Positions 8,785 to 17,630 of a stretch of 51,371 nucleotides of DNA are shown in pieces. The translations under genes and the position numbers were made by a program. Source of the stretch: Tidjanibacter sp. GTDB lineage: Bacteria; Bacteroidota; Bacteroidia; Bacteroidales; Rikenellaceae. The notes under the pieces are model-generated. The model saw only the letters and a program-made list of their open reading frames with translations. It was not told where the DNA came from and did not search any database. The stretch lies in NCBI GenBank assembly GCA_017628305.1, contig JAGBZI010000097.1, positions 1-51,371 on the forward strand, in the 5' to 3' direction. Positions within the stretch are counted from its first letter, which is position 1. The number at the start of each line of letters is the position of its first letter.

Positions 8785-9765
8785 ATGGGAACACTCACAG
8801 TAATCATCGCCATAGCAATCATTGTGGTTGTCTATGTGCTTGCAGGTTTGACCATCGTTCAGCAGAGCGAAACCTGCATCGTGGAGCGTCTTGGTAAGTA
8901 CAACAAGACCCTCACCTCCGGTATCAACATCATCTGGCCCATCCTCGAGAAGCCTCGCCGTATCTACACCCGCCACTCCGCGCAGGATTGGAACGGCAAT
9001 GTGGTTGTGAGCTTCCGCTACACCCCCCGCATCGACCTTCGCGAGCAGGTCTACGACTTCCCCGAGCAGAATGTGATTACTAAAGATAATGTGACCACAC
9101 GCATCAATGCACTGCTCTATTTCCAGATTGTCGACCCCGTGAAGGCTGTCTATGAGATTAACAACCTCCCCAATGCCATCGAGAAACTGACCCAGACCAC
9201 CCTGCGTAATGTGATTGGTGAGCTCGAACTCGACGAAACCCTCACATCGCGCGATACCATCAATGCCAAACTGCGCAATGTGCTCGACGAGGCTACCAAT
9301 AAGTGGGGTGTGAAGGTCAACCGCGTGGAGCTTCAGGACATCACTCCTCCCTCCACCGTGCGCGACGCCATGGAGCAGCAGATGCAGGCCGAGCGTGAGC
9401 GTAGGGCGAAGATTCTGCGTGCCGAGGGTGAGAAGCAGTCGGCAATCCTCCAGAGTGAGGGCGAGAAGCAGTCGCAGATTAACTACGCTGCAGCCGAGAA
9501 GGAGGCACAAATCCTCAAGGCACAGGGTGAGGCCGAGGCAAAGGTGTTGCAGGCCAACGCCGAGGCAGAGGCTATCCGCCGCGTGAGCGAGGCTATCTCC
9601 AACACCAAGACCGACCCCGCAACCTACCTCCTTGCAGTGAAGTATATCGAGACCCTGCGCGAGATGGCCAGCGGTCAGGATAGCAAGACTGTCTATATGC
9701 CCTACGAGGCCAGCTCGGTGCTCGGTTCGTTGGGAGGGATTAAGGATTTGTTTCCCACCAAATAG
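8785..9765 (+). CDS. SPFH/paraslipin (QmcA/YbbK-like) protein
   Basis: IVERLGKY, IDLREQ, VITKDNV, TTLRNVIG, WGVKVNRVELQDI, QMQAERERRA coiled coil. Confidence 0.95.
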   Translation: MGTLTVIIAIAIIVVVYVLAGLTIVQQSETCIVERLGKYNKTLTSGINIIWPILEKPRRIYTRHSAQDWNGNVVVSFRYTPRIDLREQVYDFPEQNVITKDNVTTRINALLYFQIVDPVKAVYEINNLPNAIEKLTQTTLRNVIGELELDETLTSRDTINAKLRNVLDEATNKWGVKVNRVELQDITPPSTVRDAMEQQMQAERERRAKILRAEGEKQSAILQSEGEKQSQINYAAAEKEAQILKAQGEAEAKVLQANAEAEAIRRVSEAISNTKTDPATYLLAVKYIETLREMASGQDSKTVYMPYEASSVLGSLGGIKDLFPTK

Positions 9766-9805
9766 TTAGGTAGCGCATTTTGCTGGTGAATTTTTCACCA
9801 CCCGC

Positions 9806-9857
9806 AAAGGGCAAGCTCCCCACCTACGCGAAGTAGGCTGCGGGCTTGCCCTTTTTT
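9806..9857 (+). terminator. Intrinsic terminator of nfeD-SPFH
   Basis: AAAGGGCAAGCTC...GGGCTTGCCCTTTTTT with an inner CCTAC/GTAGG hairpin. Confidence 0.8.
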
Positions 9858-9859
9858 GT

Positions 9860-9915
9860 TAGCATTCAGCACTCAGCATTCAGCACTCAGCGTTCAGCAC
9901 TCAGCGTTCAGCTTT
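9860..9915. repeat. Heptamer tandem repeat, 8 units of CAGCRYT-like sequence
   Basis: tagcatt cagcact cagcatt cagcact cagcgtt cagcact cagcgtt cagcttt. Confidence 0.92.
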
Positions 9916-9950
9916 TAATGGAGCCGGAATGGCGCATGCCTGCAAATTAA

Positions 9951-9982
9951 TGGGGGACTGTAACAACGGTTACAGTCCCCCA
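9951..9982 (-). terminator. Hairpin after the rubrerythrin gene
   Basis: TGGGGGACTGTAAC-AACG-GTTACAGTCCCCCA, 14-bp stem. Confidence 0.7.
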
Positions 9983-10010
9983 CTTTGAGTCACCTATTTA
10001 TTCTTTTTGC

Positions 10011-10559
10011 CTACTTGAAGTAGCGGTTGTAGAGACCCTCGAAGCCTTTGCCGTGGCGAGCCTCATCTTTGGCCATCTCGTGCACGGTGTCGTGGATTGC
10101 GTCGAGGTTGTGCTGTTTGGCGAGGGTTGCGATGTGCTTCTTGCCGTCGCATGCGCCGTGCTCGGCCATCATGCGTTTGTAGAGGTTGGTCTTGGTGTCC
10201 CACACAACCTCACCGATAAGCTCGGCGAACTTGGCTGCGTGCTCTGCCTCCTCCCAAGCGTAGCGCTTGAAGGCCTCGGCCACCTCGGGATAGCCCTCGC
10301 GGTCGGCCTGACGCGACATTGCAAGGTACATACCTACCTCGGTGCACTCGCCCATGAAGTGGTCCTGAAGGCCCTTCCAAATCTCCTCGGGGCAACCCTG
10401 TGCCACGCCAAGGCGGTGCTCATCGGAGAATACCAGAGCATCGTTGCTCTCGGCCATCTCCTCGAATTTCTCGGGACCTACTTTGCAAAGGGGGCACTGC
10501 TCGGGAGCTGCCTCACCCTCGTGGATGTAACCACATACTGTACAGCGAAATTTTTTCAT
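10011..10559 (-). CDS. rbr: Reverse rubrerythrin (NADH peroxidase)
   Basis: N-terminal rubredoxin-like CTVC...CPLC, then diiron domain with EAEH and EARH motifs. Confidence 0.93.
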   Translation of the reverse strand: MKKFRCTVCGYIHEGEAAPEQCPLCKVGPEKFEEMAESNDALVFSDEHRLGVAQGCPEEIWKGLQDHFMGECTEVGMYLAMSRQADREGYPEVAEAFKRYAWEEAEHAAKFAELIGEVVWDTKTNLYKRMMAEHGACDGKKHIATLAKQHNLDAIHDTVHEMAKDEARHGKGFEGLYNRYFK

Positions 10560-10615
10560 AGTTGTAATCGGAAAGTGTTTGATGTTAATGTATTAAGTTT
10601 TTGTTTCTCTTCAGT

Positions 10616-11029
10616 TTATTGTTTGCCACACTCGCGGCACACGCCGACATAGTAGAGCTCCGAATCGGTGATTTCGGCAGCCATGCTGGGTTTGTTGCGA
10701 TCCACAAAGGCGGTGTCGTCTATCTCCACATCGTAAACCTTGGTGCACTTGGTACACAGGAAGTGGGCGTGTGGATGGGTGTAGCCATCGAAGTGCGTAT
10801 TTGCTGGGTCGATGCTGATTAGCAGTATAGCTCCGTGCTCATATAGCAGGTGGAGCGTGTTGTAGACCGTCGTTTTCGAGAGCGTTGGTATTTCGGGGGC
10901 GAGTGCTGTGTAGATTTCGTCCACGGTGGGGTGGGTGCGGTGAGTGAGCAGATACTTCATGATTGCTATGCGCTGCACCGATGGCCTGATGCCAAATTTC
11001 ACCAATCTTTCTCTTGCGGCTTGTTGCAT
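10616..11029 (-). CDS. Fur-family transcriptional repressor, PerR-like
   Basis: HPTVDEIY, SKTTVYNTL, HAHFLCTKC, C-terminal CREC; upstream of rubrerythrin. Confidence 0.9.
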   Translation of the reverse strand: MQQAARERLVKFGIRPSVQRIAIMKYLLTHRTHPTVDEIYTALAPEIPTLSKTTVYNTLHLLYEHGAILLISIDPANTHFDGYTHPHAHFLCTKCTKVYDVEIDDTAFVDRNKPSMAAEITDSELYYVGVCRECGKQ

Positions 11030-11080
11030 AATATAGTAGTGTTCTACAAAATTGTAATCGTTGTAAAAATGATTTCACTG

Positions 11081-11088
11081 CAAAGGTA
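11081..11088 (-). promoter_or_regulatory. -7 promoter element for perR-rbr
   Basis: TACCTTTG on minus strand. Confidence 0.65.
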
Positions 11089-11242
11089 GTGACTTTTTTT
11101 TAATAATCAAACATTTTGCAAATAATTTTCGGAAAATAATAATACTTTTGTAACAGCAAGGTATTTGTGCGGAGATGATAACCCCATTTGGTGATTGCAA
11201 CCATGGGGGTAATCGAGAATGTTTTAGTAAACCGTATATGTT

Positions 11243-12436
11243 ATGAAAAGAGTTTTTACCTGTTTCGTTTTGCTTGCGATGTTGGCATTTGCGGGCTGTG
11301 AACCTCCCATCGATGAGAATCTGGACGACAAAGGTGATAAAACCGAGCAGCCCGGTGGTGGGGATGAAAATCCTAATGGAGGTAACGGGACCACCGATGA
11401 AGGAGGAGAGAACCCCGAAGAGGGAGATAAATCTGATGGCGGCGCGGAAAACAAAGACCCCGACGACGGGGGCAATGACAATGGTTCCGGTGGCTGGGGC
11501 GATGACCATGGGTCAGGTGGCTGGGGCGATGAGGGCTCCGATGAGGGCGAGCTGCCCGACGATAGCGATAATGATGGCTCCAAACCTAAGAACAACCAGC
11601 TTTGGTACACATCGGCCGATGGTGCGATAATCCATCCTTTTAGTGGCCCTGCTATTCCCGACGGCTGTTCGTTTGGAGTGGATGTTGTATCCAACAGTTA
11701 TGAGGGTGATAAGTGGGTTATCACCTTTGCCGGTCCCATCAGAAAAATAGCTGAATATGCCTTCTCCGGCTGCACTCGACTTACGAGTGTAACTATGCCC
11801 GATAGCGTAACTGCCATTGAGATGTATTCTTTTAATGATTGCATCAATCTGTCGGAGGTTAATTTCCCGGGCATCGAGGTTGCGGTTGGTGATTACGCTT
11901 TTGGTGGTTGCGAAGCGTTGAGGAAAATCAATATTTCCGGTAAGGCCTATTTTGGAATTGGTGCGTTCTGGGGGTGCGAAAACCTTGTGAGTATCAATGT
12001 TCCAAAATGGAGCGATCAAGTTATCTCCTATGCAGCATTCCGCTATTGCTCGAGCCTTACGAGCATAACCCTTCCCGATGGTCTTACCTCCATTGGTGAT
12101 GCTGCGTTCGATTGGTGTACGAGTCTTTCGAGTGTGACTATGGGCGATAAGGTGCAAGATATCGGAAGACTTGCATTTGCATATTGCGAGAGCCTCAGGG
12201 AAATCACCATTCCCGGGCGTGTTGATGACATCGGTGAGTGGGCGTTCCGCGACTGTGTGAATCTCCAGAGTATTTATTGTAGGCCCACAACTCCACCCGA
12301 TGTTGATGGCATAGAGGTCTTCCTTAATAATGGTCAGGGCCGCAAAATTTATGTGCCCACAGAGAGTGTCGATGCATACAAAAATGCACCCATTTGGTCC
12401 TACTATGCAGATGCAATCGAGGGCTACAACTTTTAG
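11243..12436 (+). CDS. BspA-type leucine-rich repeat (LRR_5) surface lipoprotein
   Basis: Lipobox FAG-C; acidic Gly/Asp linker; repeats of xIGxxAFxxCxxLxxIxIP type; C-cap IYVPTESVDAYKNAPIWS. Confidence 0.92.
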   Translation: MKRVFTCFVLLAMLAFAGCEPPIDENLDDKGDKTEQPGGGDENPNGGNGTTDEGGENPEEGDKSDGGAENKDPDDGGNDNGSGGWGDDHGSGGWGDEGSDEGELPDDSDNDGSKPKNNQLWYTSADGAIIHPFSGPAIPDGCSFGVDVVSNSYEGDKWVITFAGPIRKIAEYAFSGCTRLTSVTMPDSVTAIEMYSFNDCINLSEVNFPGIEVAVGDYAFGGCEALRKINISGKAYFGIGAFWGCENLVSINVPKWSDQVISYAAFRYCSSLTSITLPDGLTSIGDAAFDWCTSLSSVTMGDKVQDIGRLAFAYCESLREITIPGRVDDIGEWAFRDCVNLQSIYCRPTTPPDVDGIEVFLNNGQGRKIYVPTESVDAYKNAPIWSYYADAIEGYNF

Positions 12437-12534
12437 TGGCTGGCGGCTTGGCGTGTGGAGTTGCTTGTAGTGTCCGAGGAGTTGCCTCGCATGTGTGAGT
12501 GACACAGAGCGCCCCGTTGTGACATACGCGTGTA

Positions 12535-12572
12535 AAAGAGAGATGCAGGCTCACAAGCCTGCATCTCTCTTT
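12535..12572. terminator. Bidirectional terminator between LRR gene and tRNA-Pro
   Basis: AAAGAGAGATGCAGGCT-CACA-AGCCTGCATCTCTCTTT. Confidence 0.85.
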
Positions 12573-12607
12573 GTTTGCACTCGCATGGCGAGCACTTTCA
12601 TTATTTG

Positions 12608-12682
12608 TCGGGGTGAAGAGATTCGAACTCTCGGCCTCCAACTCCCGAAGCTGGCGCGCTAACCGGACTGCGCTACACCCCG
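12608..12682 (-). tRNA. tRNA-Pro (CGG)
   Basis: Minus strand CGGGGTGTAGCGCAGTCCGGTTAGCGCGCCAGCTTCGGGAGTTGGAGGCCGAGAGTTCGAATCTCTTCACCCCGA; anticodon CGG; promoter TATCTTTG at 12734-12741. Confidence 0.96.
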
Positions 12683-12770
12683 AAACCCTCCGTTACAGGG
12701 AGAATACCACTCTTCTCCCTCGGTTGGGCGGGGCAAAGATACAACAATTTTCCGTAAAAAAATAGCCCAA

Positions 12771-14882
12771 TTATATCTGAAGTAGTCCCAATTTCCTTGC
12801 GATATCCCACTTTTTGGAGGAGTAGAACTCCACAAACGACTTGTCGAAGTGCTCCTCCCACAGTGTTCGTATATCCTCGAAGGTGTAGTGCTCGCCGAGG
12901 TCGGCCACCTGTGTCATCACAGAGTAGAGGAATTCGGCTTCGGCCTCGCCCAACTTGAGCTCCTTGGTGGTTGCGGGTGTGTGAATTACCACACCCTCGT
13001 CGGAGAGCTCGGGGGTGCCACCCACCCACACGATGCGGGCCTTGTCGCTGTAGATACGACACGAGTCGGGTTTTATCAGGTGGTCGGTGATGAGCGAGGG
13101 GATGACTGTTGTGGCGGGCACCTTCGAGCCAAACCATTTGTGCACAGGCTTTTCCAGACCGCTACCCACCAACCAGTTGGCCAGCGAGAGGTTCAGTCCG
13201 TCGCCCACCATCTCGAGCGAGTAGCCTCGGTTCTCCGCAAAGGGCACCTCGTTGTTGGCGAAGGGGTTTGGCAGGCGGTCCTTGCGCCTCACGCCAAACT
13301 CTTCGGGCTGTTGTCCCGAGCGGGAGTGAACGGTCATAGCATAGCGGTGCCAGAAGGCGGAGCCTATGAGTTCGGCGCGGAACATTTGTCGCACCACCTC
13401 GGCGGCATCGATGCTCTCTTGGAGGGTTTCGGTGGGGAGGCCATACATCAGGTAGGTGTGGACCATGATGCCCGAGAGGTAGAAGTTTCTCATGGCTATG
13501 GTGGCCTGCTCGATGGTGATACCCTTGCCTATCATCTCCAGCAGACGGTCGCTGGCCACCTCCAGTCCGCCGCTCACGGCCACACATCCCGCCCTTGCCA
13601 TCAGTGCGCACAGGTCGCCCGTGTAGCTCTTTTCGAAACGGATGTTGGTCCACCAGCTAAATCGTAATCCGCGGCGCAACAACTCCAGCGAGAGCTCTTT
13701 GAGTAGCTTGGGAGGGGCCGCCTCGTCCACAAAGTGGAAACCGCGCGACCCTGTCTGGGCGGCCACCTGCTCCATGTAGTCCACCAATTCGGCAGCCGTT
13801 ATGGTGTCGTAGCAACCTATGTAGTCGAGAGTGGTGTCGCAGAAGGCACACTTCGCCCAATAGCAGCCGTGGGCCAGCATCATCTTGTTCCAGCGCCCAT
13901 CGCTCCAGAGGCGGTGCATGGGGTTGGTAACCTCCGTGAGCGAGAAGTAGAGCGAGTGGGGGAGTCCGCCGAAGTCGGGACAGCCCCTCTCGCGATGGGT
14001 TATGCGCCCCTCGCCCTCGGTGTAACCCTCGGGCGTGTAGGTGTGTACAAGGGGGCCACCCGAGAGGATGCGCTCCAGTGGCAGCTCGCCATCGTCGAGC
14101 ACCACATAGTCCACATAGCTAAAAATCTCCCTGCTGCTCATGGTGCGTAGCTCGGTGGTCGGGTAACCACCGCCCATCACCACCTTGATGGTGGGGTAGT
14201 TGGTTTTGATGTACTGCCCGATGCGGAGTGCCCCCAGTAGATTGCCGGGGAAGGGGACAGCGAGTCCCACAAAGCGGGGCTGGGTACGCTCGATATGCTC
14301 CCTTACCACCTCGCACATGAGGTTCTCGATGGCATTGCGCGGCTTTTGCAACTCCTGCTCGAGGGTGGAAAACTCCGCAATAGCAAGCGAGAGGCTCTCG
14401 CCATACTTCACAACCTCGAAGTCGGGTGTCACGGTGGCGCGTATGAAGTCGCTCAAGTCCTGAAGGTAGAGCGTGGCCAGGTACTCCGCGCAATCCTTCA
14501 CACCCAGCGTGCCGAAGGCCTCCTCAATCTCGGCCGTATTCTCAAAACGACTCGCCTGTGGCAGATACTCTGGGGCGCAGATGAGGGTAGCTATGGCGGA
14601 GTCTTTCGTACGCAGAAACTCCACCACGGAGTCGATGGTGGCGATGTAGTCGCCACGCAGTGCCCACATGCGGTTGCAGTTCTCGTCGCCCTCGCCGTCG
14701 TAGTTCTCGAAGAGGTCGGCCACAAACGAGCGGCTGAAGACCCTCCCGAGGGTCTCAATGGAGATGTCGGCCTGCTCCACGCCGTAGCCCTTGCGACGAA
14801 GGTAGCCTGTGAGATAGGCGGTGGCGGGATAGGGGCAGTTGGGCTGCACAAAAGGTGGGGTAAGAAGCAATATATCGGTCAT
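12771..14882 (-). CDS. B12-binding-domain radical SAM protein
   Basis: N-terminal LLLTPPF..PYPATAYL and GGGYP (B12-binding-like); CYWAKCAFC (CxxxCxxC); FHFVDE; start moved to ATG 14882. Confidence 0.9.
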   Translation of the reverse strand: MTDILLLTPPFVQPNCPYPATAYLTGYLRRKGYGVEQADISIETLGRVFSRSFVADLFENYDGEGDENCNRMWALRGDYIATIDSVVEFLRTKDSAIATLICAPEYLPQASRFENTAEIEEAFGTLGVKDCAEYLATLYLQDLSDFIRATVTPDFEVVKYGESLSLAIAEFSTLEQELQKPRNAIENLMCEVVREHIERTQPRFVGLAVPFPGNLLGALRIGQYIKTNYPTIKVVMGGGYPTTELRTMSSREIFSYVDYVVLDDGELPLERILSGGPLVHTYTPEGYTEGEGRITHRERGCPDFGGLPHSLYFSLTEVTNPMHRLWSDGRWNKMMLAHGCYWAKCAFCDTTLDYIGCYDTITAAELVDYMEQVAAQTGSRGFHFVDEAAPPKLLKELSLELLRRGLRFSWWTNIRFEKSYTGDLCALMARAGCVAVSGGLEVASDRLLEMIGKGITIEQATIAMRNFYLSGIMVHTYLMYGLPTETLQESIDAAEVVRQMFRAELIGSAFWHRYAMTVHSRSGQQPEEFGVRRKDRLPNPFANNEVPFAENRGYSLEMVGDGLNLSLANWLVGSGLEKPVHKWFGSKVPATTVIPSLITDHLIKPDSCRIYSDKARIVWVGGTPELSDEGVVIHTPATTKELKLGEAEAEFLYSVMTQVADLGEHYTFEDIRTLWEEHFDKSFVEFYSSKKWDIARKLGLLQI

Positions 14883-14898
14883 AACACTTGGGTGTTTT

Positions 14899-15666
14899 TT
14901 AGGGAATAACAATCTTTAAGCCGTCGTAGGCAAAGCGTACACCCTCGGGGAGCAGAGGCTCCTCCTCGGCGTGAAATCCCATCTGGTGGGATATGTGGGT
15001 GAGATAGGTGCTCTTGGCACCCACCCGCTCGGCAACCTCCAAGGCCTCGGGGAGCGAAAAGTGGGATATATGCCTCTGGTGGCGCAGAGCATTCACCACG
15101 AAGAGCTCCACACCGCGCAGTTTCTCAATCTCCTCGGCCTCGATGTGGTTGAAATCGGTCAAGTAGGCCACGGGGCCAATCCTGAAACCCGTCACCGGAA
15201 GGGTGAAGTGTCGTCCCGCAATGGGGATTATCTCCAGCGTGCCCACCCTGAAGCTGCTGCTCTCCATTCTTCTAAGGGTGATGCGCGGAGCGCCGGGGTA
15301 GGGGTTGGCGGCAAAGGCGTAGTCGAAATTCTTGCGCACAACCTCGCCCACACTCTCGGTGGCCCACACCTCGATGCTCTTCTGACAGAAATAGTTGAAA
15401 GCTCTCACATCGTCGAGCCCCATGATGTGGTCGGTGTGCTGGTGGCTCAGGAGTATGGCATCGATATCCTTCACCCCCTCGCGGAGCATCTGGTAGCGGA
15501 AGTCGGGGCCCGCATCAATCACAATCCTCGTTGCCTCATCCTCCACCATCACCGACGAGCGCAAGCGTTTGTCGCGCGGGTCCTCCGAGCGGCACACCTC
15601 GCAGTCGCATCCAATCATCGGCACCCCCTGTGAGGTGCCCGTACCCAAGAAGGTCAACTTAATCAT
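14899..15666 (-). CDS. MBL-fold metallo-hydrolase (PhnP/LipB-like)
   Basis: FLGTGTSQGVP, CDCEVC, SHQHTDH, THISH. Confidence 0.92.
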   Translation of the reverse strand: MIKLTFLGTGTSQGVPMIGCDCEVCRSEDPRDKRLRSSVMVEDEATRIVIDAGPDFRYQMLREGVKDIDAILLSHQHTDHIMGLDDVRAFNYFCQKSIEVWATESVGEVVRKNFDYAFAANPYPGAPRITLRRMESSSFRVGTLEIIPIAGRHFTLPVTGFRIGPVAYLTDFNHIEAEEIEKLRGVELFVVNALRHQRHISHFSLPEALEVAERVGAKSTYLTHISHQMGFHAEEEPLLPEGVRFAYDGLKIVIP

Positions 15667-15710
15667 ATAAATAGGTATAGGGCTTATGCTTTCAGTAGTG
15701 CAAATATACG

Positions 15711-15743
15711 AAAAAACGGCCCATCCGCAATGGGATGAGCCGT
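15711..15743 (-). terminator. Terminator after peptide transporter gene
   Basis: AAAAAACGGCCCATCC-GCAAT-GGGATGAGCCGT; followed on minus strand by TATATTTG (15701-15708), the promoter for the MBL gene. Confidence 0.7.
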
Positions 15744-15775
15744 GGTTTCTACGATTAGTAACTTTCGAAGGGCGA

Positions 15776-17461
15776 TTACTCGGTAGCCTTCTCGAGTTTC
15801 TTCATCATGCTGAACATCACGATACCCGAGATTACGCACAGAGCGATGAGCACGCTCCAAACACCCCACAAGGGGAGTTTGTTCCAGAGCAGACCGGGAA
15901 TCGATACGAGGTAGTTGCCGATAGCGGTAGCAGCAAACCAACCACCCATCATCATACCTTTATACTTGGGAGGAGCAACCTTCGATACGAACGAGATACC
16001 CATGGGCGAGAGCAGGAGCTCTGCGAAGGTAAGCACGAGGTAGGTCGAAATCAGCCAAGTGGGGCTTACGAGGTCGGGGCTAACGGTGCCACCGAGCTCC
16101 TTGGGCGACAGAAGGCTCAACGAACCAACGGTGAGGATTACGAAACCGAGGGCTGCAACGAACATACCAAGACCAATCTTCTTGGGAGCGCTGGGCTCTT
16201 TACCCCTCTTGGCCAGAGCCGAGAAGATTGCAAGCGACACGGGAGTCAGTGCAACAACATAGAAGGGGTTGAACTGCTGGAAGTCCGAAGGCTGAACATT
16301 TACAACATCGGGCATGCTGAAGTAGAGGGCAGCTGCACCGGCCCAGAGTGCCAAAGTGGCGATACCGGCGGTTATTTTTGCCTTCTTGGTCTCGCTCTGG
16401 AATACACTGAAGAGGGTGTAAATCGAGATAGCGATGAGGGCGAGGCTCCAGATGTTGAAACCGATACGAACCCAACCGGTAGCGGTGTTGGCGGTGTAGT
16501 CACGAGCAAAGAGGGTCATGGTTGCACCGTTCTGGTGGAATGCCATCCAGAAGAAGATAACCACTGCGAATACGAGCAACAGAGCGGTTACACGGCTCTT
16601 GGTCTGTGCGGGGGTCAACTCGGGCTCTGCGGGAACGGTTGCGCCTTTGGCAGCGGCAGCAGCCTTTGCCTGTTTGGCATTAACATCGGCGTGTTTGAAC
16701 CACTTACGGCAGCCGAAGTAGATGCAAACCGAGAGAATCAGCGATACACATGCAACAGCGAAACCACCGTTGTAGGCCGACGAGAGCTGCTCGATGTAGT
16801 ACTGGCTGAACTGTGCGAGGTCCATGCCTGCGCCACCCTCCATGGTCGATGCGAGATACTGGAGCTCGGCGGTCTTCTCGGGGGTGATGGTACCGTTGAG
16901 GTACTGGTGTGCAAGTGCGGGAATGTTAGCGTTGTAGCTGAGGGCAGCCTTCGAGAGCGACATGTTGGTCACAGCCTTTGCCATCGAGGGAGCGAACATC
17001 GCACCAATGTTGATAGCCATGTAGAAGAGGCTGAAAGCCGAGTCACGCTTTGCCGAGTACTTGGGGTCGTCGTAGAGGTTACCAACCATTACCTGAAGGT
17101 TACCTTTGAACAGACCGGTACCGATGGCAACGAGGGCCAATGCACCGAACATCAACACCTTGCCAAGTGCGCTGGCATCGGTGGGGATGGAGAGGCAGAG
17201 GTAGCCGGCGAACATGACGCCGATACCGAGGGTTACACATTTACCATAGCCAATCTTGTCGGCCAAGATACCGCCGAAGAAGGGCATGAAGTAAACGCCG
17301 GCAAGGAAGATCGAGTAGATCTGGGTTGCCTGTGCAGCAGTGAAGCCGAATTTTGCCTGAATGAACAGCAGGAAAATCGCCAACATTGTGTAGTAGCCAA
17401 AGCGCTCACCGGTGTTGGCAAGGGCCAAAGCATACAGTCCTTTAGGTTGTCCTTTGAACAT
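15776..17461 (-). CDS. POT/PTR family proton-dependent oligopeptide transporter
   Basis: ERFGYY motif, GTGLFKGN, FYMAINIG, ELLLSPMGIS; about 14 TM segments. Confidence 0.95.
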   Translation of the reverse strand: MFKGQPKGLYALALANTGERFGYYTMLAIFLLFIQAKFGFTAAQATQIYSIFLAGVYFMPFFGGILADKIGYGKCVTLGIGVMFAGYLCLSIPTDASALGKVLMFGALALVAIGTGLFKGNLQVMVGNLYDDPKYSAKRDSAFSLFYMAINIGAMFAPSMAKAVTNMSLSKAALSYNANIPALAHQYLNGTITPEKTAELQYLASTMEGGAGMDLAQFSQYYIEQLSSAYNGGFAVACVSLILSVCIYFGCRKWFKHADVNAKQAKAAAAAKGATVPAEPELTPAQTKSRVTALLLVFAVVIFFWMAFHQNGATMTLFARDYTANTATGWVRIGFNIWSLALIAISIYTLFSVFQSETKKAKITAGIATLALWAGAAALYFSMPDVVNVQPSDFQQFNPFYVVALTPVSLAIFSALAKRGKEPSAPKKIGLGMFVAALGFVILTVGSLSLLSPKELGGTVSPDLVSPTWLISTYLVLTFAELLLSPMGISFVSKVAPPKYKGMMMGGWFAATAIGNYLVSIPGLLWNKLPLWGVWSVLIALCVISGIVMFSMMKKLEKATE

Positions 17462-17630
17462 AGAAATTAATGATTAGAGTTTGTTAAAAATGTGTGTTGT
17501 GTTATTTTTGCTCTCAAAAATTTCGGGGTACAACACCCCTTTAAAGCGACAAAAATAGTTATTTTTGTTGAGAAATTTGCACCCTTACAGAAAAAAGAGT
17601 ACTTTTATTGTCGCAAAAATCTTTCCAAAT

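Noticed and set aside
11100-12682. Integrative element at tRNA-Pro(CGG)
   Set aside because: No integrase, and no duplicate of the tRNA 3' end was found on the far side of the LRR gene
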